A stretch of DNA of 64,000 bases, taken from NCBI GenBank assembly GCA_951406725.2, contig OX597829.1, positions 1,488,001 through 1,552,000 on the forward strand. Reading direction: 5' to 3'. This stretch comes from Octopus vulgaris (taxonomy: Eukaryota). Below, piece by piece: positions 55,434 to 64,000 of this stretch (its first letter is position 1; every line of letters begins with the position of its first letter). The notes under the pieces were generated by a model. The model was not told where the DNA came from, did no database searches, and worked only from the letters and a program-made list of their open reading frames with translations. Both the position numbers and the translations under genes were made by a program.

Positions 55434-56577
55434 CTGCTCATACCTTTCTCACATGTTGACTAGCAGTAGTTTAATTCTTCACCCGTCCAAATCGTTTTCA
55501 TAAGCTTGTCCTGAACATCCATGCTTGCCTTCAAATTTTCTCTTTAGCCATTTTGTTCTACAGTCTTTGTAATGTAAAGTTTGCATTCTACAAGTCCCAA
55601 ATTATCCAAGTATCAAAGAAAAGAAAATGTGTATCACGTATGATGCATGTATGCCAGCGAAATACGCCCTGTGTATTACACGAGACACACAGAACGGTGA
55701 AGGCTTAACAGAAACATTAACGTCAACAATTTCTCTAGTCTGCAAGAGTTTTTGATGGTCTTCCCCACTACTCGTTCAAGCAAACACATCAAGCAAAAAT
55801 AAACAAATAAATAATAAATTAATTAATATAATTATGCACGCATTTCTCTGTGTGTGCGTGTGTAAGTAACTACCGTGTCATATATGCAAATGTGAATACT
55901 TAAATTGCAGCAACCGTCCATTTGTGATCAGTTTGGTGAGACCCTCAGGAATAACAAGGTATAATAAATATTCATATCCTACATTCTGTTCCCAGAAGGA
56001 GAAAAATAAGCAGGTTTAACCAAAAATAAACTTTTCAATAAAAGAGTTCAGTAAAAATAATTTTTGATATTGTTTATCAGTTGTTATTTTTCAGACGCAA
56101 AGAAACTTCTCAAGCAAGCAAGCGTGAGGTATTTGTGAAAGTGCGCTATATTTTTGAAATATTAAATGACCACTTTGTTAACCCTTTGCCGTATTTTAAC
56201 TTATAGTTTAAATTTCACGATTTCAACAGCTGTATACATTGTCGGCTTTCCACTATAAATTCATATTTTATTGCTTCAACAGCGGTAAATATTGTTTTTA
56301 CGTTTTTCTTTTCAAGATAAGTAATATTGGGATGACATTGCTATTAAATGTTTACATATCGCCTTCCTTCACTTAACTTCCATTTTGTATGTAACAATAT
56401 TTGATTATATAACTGCATGTTATATATAAACAAAAAATGTACTTACTTAATTTCGTTTGTATCAAAAGGGTGGCGATTATATTGTGTTTAATAACGAATA
56501 CTATCTGTATTAAATATACACAGAAGCGCGCGCGTGTGTGTATGTGTGTGTAGAAAGATAGATAGATACATACATAC

Positions 56578-56627
<50 letters not shown>

Positions 56628-57497
56628 CATACATACATACATACATACATACATACAAAGAAAAAATGAGGAAGAGAATTTCGATTATCCTCATGTGGTG
56701 AGTTTTAATGCAAAAACATGTAGATGAAATAAAAGAATGAAAACGCACACAGTTTATACAGCTTTGCTATATTTTAAATGTATTTCATAAGAGAAAGAGT
56801 ATTGTGTTTGTCGACCGGTTTCACTTTCGCTAACCATGACATTGAAATTATTATAATTTCGTATTTTCTTAAGAAGATATTAGTCCATGATGTGTGTGGA
56901 GATGTTTTTGAATGAATGAATCAACAAGTAGAAAATTCTAAGGGGTGGCAATTGGTGATCGTTATTATGCGGGTGATTGTTATTATCCGGAAGGTAATTG
57001 CTCATCTTTTACACACACACACACACCACTTTTCGAAAGTTGTAAGTTATGGCCGTCTCATGAATGACCATTGCTTTCGTACCTATAAGGAGGCTCTTAG
57101 CTGTATTGTTGACTCGTGGCACAAGTTGGCTGGGAGCGCATAACCTCTCTGTAGAGAAACAGTTACAAAAGTCACGGTCTTAAAAGCTTCTTAGGTGTGA
57201 AACCAATGGTCGCTGTTTGACTGGCCATAAAAAAAACAACATTCTAAGTATTACTGCTCTAATGTTTTAGAGCGTGTTTCTTTTCTGATATATGTACTAC
57301 TGACCGATTATGTGTGTGTGTGTATGTTCGTGTGTGTATGTGTGTGTTTGTGTGCGATGTGTGTGTGTGTGTGTGTGTGAGTATATGTGTGTATTATGTA
57401 TGTATTTGTGTGTGTGTGTGTACGTGTGAATAGGCAAATCGATAGGCAGACAAAAAGGCATACAGACACACAGACAGATAGACAGACATACAGACAT

Positions 57498-57538
<41 letters not shown>

Positions 57539-57573
57539 TAGGCAGGCAGGCAGACAGACAGACAGACAGATAT

Positions 57574-57610
<37 letters not shown>

Positions 57611-57627
57611 AAGATAGATAGAGATAA

Positions 57628-57688
<61 letters not shown>

Positions 57689-58238
57689 AATTTCAGTATG
57701 AACGAATGCTTGAAAAGAACGCCCTGCAACTGACGATGTCCCGTATTCGATCATAAGAGCGCAAAGTTCTGGGGCTTTTTCTATGAAGTCTTGGAGTCGT
57801 CACATCTTTTTAGTGAAACTAAATAATAACGTCTGTAATTAAAAAGTTAGAGAACTTTCTTCACACCCAGTGAATTTGCCTAAGATTTATGTTACGGCTG
57901 CACGTGCCTAGCCAGGACGCCTCTAAATTCAGAAGCAGATAATTCTGTTAGATAAAATAAATTTCTCACAAAGAAAGCCATAGTCATATAAAAAAGTACA
58001 TAAATTGTCACTTTTTGTGCAATCCGTTCCCATGTCTGGTGTCGCTTTTGTATCGAAGGAAATCACTGACGTATCACCTCAAATTTGATAAGTGATTGTT
58101 TTGAAAAGTCTTATCAAACTTAAAGTAACATAAACGTATGTGCAAATAACATACATAAATATGAGTATGTGTGTGTGTGTGTGAGTGTGTGTGAGTGTGT
58201 GTGAGTGTGTGTGTGTGTGTGTGAGTGTGTGTGTGTGT

Positions 58239-58269
<31 letters not shown>

Positions 58270-58438
58270 AGTGTGTGTGAGTGTGTGTGTGTGTGGAGGG
58301 CGCATGTATATCAATGTCTTACGTATGTGTATATTTGTGCACCTCTATGTATGTATGTATATATGTATGTATGTATGTATATAGATAGATAGATAGATAG
58401 ATACATACATACATACATACATACAGAGAGAGACAGAC

Positions 58439-58474
<36 letters not shown>

Positions 58475-58519
58475 TGCCTGTAGATAGATAGATAGATAGA
58501 CAGACAAACAGAGAGACAT

Positions 58520-58590
<71 letters not shown>

Positions 58591-58591
58591 T

Positions 58592-60036
58592 GTTTCTTTA
58601 TTAGCCACACAGAGCTGCACACAGACAGGACAAATTACAAGGTAGAGCTTTTCTTCTGGGGTTAAAAAAAGGGGGTTTGGTTTTCGATCAAAAGGGATCG
58701 TAAAAGAAAGGAAAGAGGACAAAAAAAGGGGGGGGGGATAAAATAAAATAAAAAAGGGGAAACGAAAAAAATTGATCAATAGGGATCGTTATCACAGAAA
58801 TGTCAATATGAAGTGTAAAGGGGAGGACAGGTGAGGTTTACCCGTGGAAAGAAAAGCCTACGGAAAAGACCACGGTAACCTCGGTCAAGTGAAGTCACAT
58901 GTTATATTTCTTTTTTTTTTACAAATAAGCAACTCTCTGTATTAATTTTTACGGTTCATAGGATCATAGTCAAGGTGGCTTCGTCATTCATACGTGCCAT
59001 CCTTGCTACATTCACCCATCTTTTTTAAAACATTCACTAGACAACACTTGCCTCTCTACTCTCACTTTCCTCTTCAAGTGATACTTGAAGAAGTTGATGA
59101 GAGATTGACCAGAGAGGAAAGTGTTTGTCTCTAATCCTTTCAGGAGCGTCCACCAGATACATTCTTTCGCCATAGCCACAAGTATGATGAAAATAGCTCT
59201 TCCTTCTCGTTTGAAGGAAGGAGGCGTGACGATATTAACGATAGACTCGGCTGATAAACCGACACGTCCCACACGTGACAGCAGTCGTTCGACATAATCC
59301 CACAGGTCTGAGATTGTTGGACACTGCACGATTGCGTGCAGAACGGTTTCGTCGCTCTGCCCGCATCTCGGCCCCGTGTTTCTCGAGCCATGCCTATAGA
59401 GCTTATCCCGAATGGGTAGCGCTTCTCGGTAGCAAAGCCAGGCCAGGGATCTCTGGAAGTTGTCCATAGGTCCCGGCCCGAAAGTAGTTTCAAACAGGCG
59501 GGTCAGGTATTCCTCGTCGACGCCCAGGTTTGCCCCAAGATCGTCGTCGTACCTCCCCTCCACTAATCCCCTATAGAATGCTTTGGTTGCGTTGAAGTCA
59601 CTCAAGGTCGACCCGGGACGGCAGAGTTGCTTGAGACCAACGCGACGCTCGCGGTGCCATTCGCCCTTCCTCGGCCTCTTTTTGATCCACGACTGCAGTT
59701 CGGTCATGGAGACGAGCTGCGGGAACGCGTACCTCACAAACGGCGACCACACCTGTTCACCGTCGTCTACATAGAGCCGGAGATGGGACAGTTAGGGACA
59801 GTTTCCTTTCGGCCCATTGCGGGGTCAGAGTGACCACCCTACTCGTTATCTCGTTTCAGTTCTTCTCCATTTGGAGGTCTGGACCGAACCAGACCCCGAG
59901 CAACTCAACCGGGCCGTCCGTCCTGCGTCCCACGACGGAGGTACTGGTGGACGGCATGGGCTTGCTTCTCCAGGTGCCGAGCCGCAAGCCCACTGACTTT
60001 TCCCGGTTGATTTTTGCTCCTGTCACCGCTTCGTAG
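58592..60036 (-). mobile_element. 5'-truncated Tx1/L1-like LINE (ORF2 C-terminus plus 3' UTR)
   Basis: YEAVTGAKINREKS..LLGVWF; zf-RVT-like AWLCYREALPIRDKL..RCGQSDETVLHAIVQC; 3' end runs into (TATC)n. Confidence 0.9.
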
Positions 60037-60360
60037 TCTTTCAGTGTCTGATTTTTTGTATACCCTTGGTGGGTAGATGAGTCGCTGCTATCTCTCACTA
60101 TCGAGCATCTCTCATTGACGAGAACGAAGAAGGTCGATATAACGTGATCTGATGACGGATGTTCTAATCAATAATGACTGAACTGACCCTAGACAGAAGC
60201 AGTAATAAACGTTTCCAAACTTTGATTCAGAGATTTCCCGACGCTCCTTGCACTATGTACCTACATAGTTCGATGCTATGATATTTACTAAATGCTCAAT
60301 GTAAACACATACGTTAAGTTCTAGGCATGTATTACATACATACATGCATGCGAACATACA

Positions 60361-60394
<34 letters not shown>

Positions 60395-61413
60395 CATACA
60401 TAAAACAAAACATACAAATCTGCACAAATATATACGTACATACATACATACAAAAATACCCTGTTCATGTCATTCCAATGAAGGAGGAACCTTGGATCTA
60501 GGTTAGAAACCGGCTCTTTCTCTATTGGCAAGAAATCATGAAATAAAACTGAACAATGGCATACATACATACATACATACATACATACATACATACATAA
60601 AACAAAACATACAAAAACACATACATACATATAAACATACATAAATACATACATATATACATTTAATTATTGGCGTCTGAAGCAACATGAATAACAAATG
60701 ACAATTTTTTTTTATCCCATTTAACGTGGATGTATTGCCAATTGCCAGAGTTTTGACTTTTGTGCTAATTACCTCAATAAACCTGGTGGCTTATTGCGAC
60801 ATCAATGCCCGAATAGTTACTGAAATTCCATACATCGCTGGTTGTGAGATTTGACAGGTATGCAGCTAACAGACGTCTGCCACTGTAAAGACAGGGCACG
60901 TCGAAATCATATGATATAGCAGTACCTTCGAGTCTCGCAGCCGACACGGCGTAAACCTTGCAGAGGTAGAGCAGGTTATTGAAAAAGTTGTGAACAGCGA
61001 TGACAGGAACTTGACAAACAAGCAACCGACTAATTGTTTAGCTAGTACATTAAACAAACGATCAATTACTTTGTTGATTAGATATTTAACCAATCGAATA
61101 AGAATCAAGAAGTGAAATGCAACCAGTGCCTGTATCTTTATCATTGGTGCAATGATCCTCCCAACACAAAACACTATTTATTATACTTTTACAAGAAAAA
61201 AAGCCACAATGACTTCGATGTTTCGGCTTGCTGGATAGATCGACAAAGACAATTAACAGGCTCAGACTTCGAAATCACTGTCATTGTTTATCTCGTAAAA
61301 TATAATAGGATACGATGTGTGTGTGCGTGTGCCCTCATGTGTGCGTATGTGTGTATGTATGTATGATGTATGTGCGAGCGCGTGCAAATACATACATATA
61401 AATAGCCGCAATA

Positions 61414-61585
61414 GGCGCAGGAGTTGGTGTGTGGTAAGTAGCTTGCTTGCGAACCACATGGTTCCGGGTTCAGTCCCACTTAGGTAAGTGTCTTCTACTA
61501 TAGCCTCGGACCGACCAAAGCCTTGTGAGTGGATTTGGTAGACGGAAACTGAAAGAAGCCCGTCGTATATATGTGTGTATATATA

Positions 61586-61616
<31 letters not shown>

Positions 61617-61631
61617 GTTTGTGTGTGTGTA

Positions 61632-61662
<31 letters not shown>

Positions 61663-61872
61663 TTGTGTGTATGTTTTTGTCCTCCCAGCATTGCTTGACA
61701 ACCGATGCTCGTTTGTTTAGGTGTCCGTAACTTAGAGGTTCCGGCAAAAAGAGACTGATAGAATAAGTACTGGGCTTACAAAGAATAAGTCTTGGCGTCG
61801 AGTTGCTCGACTAAAGGCGGTGCTCCAGCATGGCCACAGTCACATGACTGAAACAAGTAAAAGAGTAAAGAG
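61414..61872 (+). mobile_element. SINE family B, full length with internal microsatellite
   Basis: ggcgcaggagttggtgtgtggtaag ... tgactgaaacaagtaaaagagtaaagag. Confidence 0.92.
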
Positions 61873-62654
61873 TATATATACTGCATACGCATTATATACG
61901 AGTGCATGCTCAAGCGTGCACTTTTATATATATTTGTGCATGTTGTAGTGTGTGTATCTTTGTGTGATATATCAATACATTTTTATTTGTGTACTTATCG
62001 GATTACACTTGAGTGAGGAGAATAGAGAAGGACTTTGTATGCACGTTTGGTGGGGCGTGTGTAGATACAGGGAAGAGAGCGTGGGGGTGTGTCTGCCTGT
62101 CTCTGTGTCTGTGTGTCTCTACGTCTACGACAGCTGCACAATGCTTTAAAATCGGAGTACAAAATAATGTTATTTCCAGTTTCAAAACCCCTGAATACAA
62201 ACATTCGATATCTAACTGTATCCAAAAACAGAGATCGATTGCCAGTTGACAATGATTAATTGGCACTTAAATGACAGCTGTCTCGAATAAGTTAATCCCA
62301 GACACAAACACTATAGATTTTTACGTTGGTTCCAGCCATTATTTCACCCACATCACCTCTACCACACAGACACCCACCCACGCATCTCTTCCCTGCCTCT
62401 CTCCCTCCATCCATCCTTCCATCCATGTATCCATCCGTCCATCCATCCATCCATCCATCCATCCATCCATCCATTCATCCATCATTCCATCCATCCAACA
62501 AAATAAGTATCTAAATTTAAGAAATAGGTGAAAAAATGATGATGATGATGATGATGATGACGACGACGATGACGACGACGACGACAACGATGACGACGAT
62601 GACGATTTGTTTTATTTGCCACAAGGGCCTTCAGCTTATGTGGAACATAATATA

Positions 62655-63042
62655 TCTTTATATATAAAAGTGAAGTTGTGTGAGTGTCTGTCCCCTTCGA
62701 TTTAGATTCCTAACTACTCCCACATTTTGCGGTGCAGTTTAACCAAAAGCAGGTATCTTATAGTCGTGATTCATATCGAGCCCTTCTGGGTATTAGCGCG
62801 CGTCTACGATGAGTCTACGATTAAAAAAAAAAATTTTCCCATTTTTAATGCATTTTTTTGCTATTATATAAGGGAAGTAACTCTCTAAAAATGTATTATT
62901 AAATCTCAAAACGTAAAAAGCTACAGTAACACCCCCCTTTGTGGTTAGCCATATTGAGATGGCTATTATACTTTACATCTCTAAAAATGCTTATATAGTT
63001 ATTTCCCTTACAAACCCGAGCAACGCCGGGCGATACTGCTAG
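62655..63042 (+). mobile_element. Non-autonomous Helitron
   Basis: A|TC start (tctttatatataaaag); subterminal hairpin cccgagcaacgccggg; CTAG|T end; no TSD. Confidence 0.85.
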
Positions 63043-63278
63043 TTAATAATAGAACTCTTCTGAGTCATTCTGATCTGCTGTATTTCGGTGTGAATGCAAA
63101 TATGGTGGCTGAAACAGAGAGAAAGAATTTGAGTTTTGAAGACCTACAATAAAATCATAAAAGGATTATTATAACCACTGTTCTTGTTTGTTGCTACTGT
63201 TCTTATTATTATCATTATATGTTTGACATTATTATTATTATTGTTGTTGTTGTTGTTGTTATAATTATAATTATTATC

Positions 63279-63313
<35 letters not shown>

Positions 63314-63315
<2 letters not shown>

Positions 63316-63547
63316 AGGCGGCGGGCCGGCAGAAACGTTGGCACGCCGGGCGAAATGCGTAGCAATATTTCGCCTGCTGTTACGTTCTGAGTTCAAATTC
63401 CGCCGAGGTCGACTTTGCCTCTCATCCTTTTGGGGTCGATAAATAAAGTACCAATTACGCACTGGGGTCGCTATAATCGACTTAATCCGTTTGTCTGTCC
63501 TTGTTTGTCCCCTCTATGTATAGGCCCTTGTGGGCAATAAAGAAATA
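63314..63547 (+). mobile_element. SINE family A within trinucleotide arrays
   Basis: Full-length match to the family A consensus. Confidence 0.92.
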
Positions 63548-63549
63548 AA

Positions 63550-63581
63550 CTATTATTATTACTATTATTATTATTGGTAGC

Positions 63582-63677
<96 letters not shown>

Positions 63678-63687
63678 TGTAGTAGTT

Positions 63688-63743
<56 letters not shown>

Positions 63744-64000
63744 GGTGGTGGTGGTGTTGATAGTAGTAGTAGTAGATTAGTAGTAGTAGTAGTAGTAGTA
63801 GTAGTGTTTCCGGTAGTTAAGATATATATTGACATTGACATTGGTTGTTGTTATTGCTGTTGTTGTTGTTGTTGTAGTCGACGTCATCGTTGACATTGAT
63901 GCAAGGGCAAATGTATTTAGTTGTAGTTATAGAGATAGTGATGGTTTGTGGCGGTGGTGGTGGCGGAGGCGGCGGAGGTGAGAGGGGGTGGTGGAGGTAG
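63550..64000. repeat. (TAT)/(TAG)/(TGG)/(TTG) trinucleotide arrays
   Basis: Directly visible. Confidence 0.9.

Noticed and set aside
60458-60560. Hammerhead at aacct..aggtt-aGAAA-ccgg
   Set aside because: No CUGANGA-like core in register and no convincing stem I
60790-60990. RTE endonuclease remnant (DINARIV)
   Set aside because: A single short motif, too decayed to support by eye

Overview
AT-rich, microsatellite-saturated eukaryotic (animal) DNA with no intact protein-coding gene that I can support. Nearly every ORF in the track is a translation of simple repeats. The repeat content (tRNA-derived SINE families, very high (TA)n/(ATGT)n/(GATA)n load) suggests an octopus-like cephalopod genome, but this is inference. 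The window holds about 25 SINE copies of four families; LINE fragments (R4/Dong x2, Tx1/L1-like x2, RTE); DNA transposon relics (mariner, maT/DD37D-like, Chapaev3-like, Tigger-like, a piggyBac-type MITE, a Helitron); and a possible decayed 7TM GPCR pseudogene. The most striking unannotated structure is a set of short Penelope-like (PLE)-derived elements, mostly embedded in (TA)n arrays, that carry type I hammerhead ribozyme (HHR) motifs. Two motifs look fully canonical (10181-10244 +, 10641-10745 -), one has a compensatory G3-C8 core swap (8994-9044 -), and several are decayed. Three of the elements share a ~470-500 bp partial-tandem-plus-inverted architecture. Other notable items: the dominant SINE shares its 3' tail with the Tx1-like LINE, it inserts into its own copies at GGTA, and one RTE-derived element has a 128-bp target-site duplication. 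All calls are by eye; no searches or folding were run.
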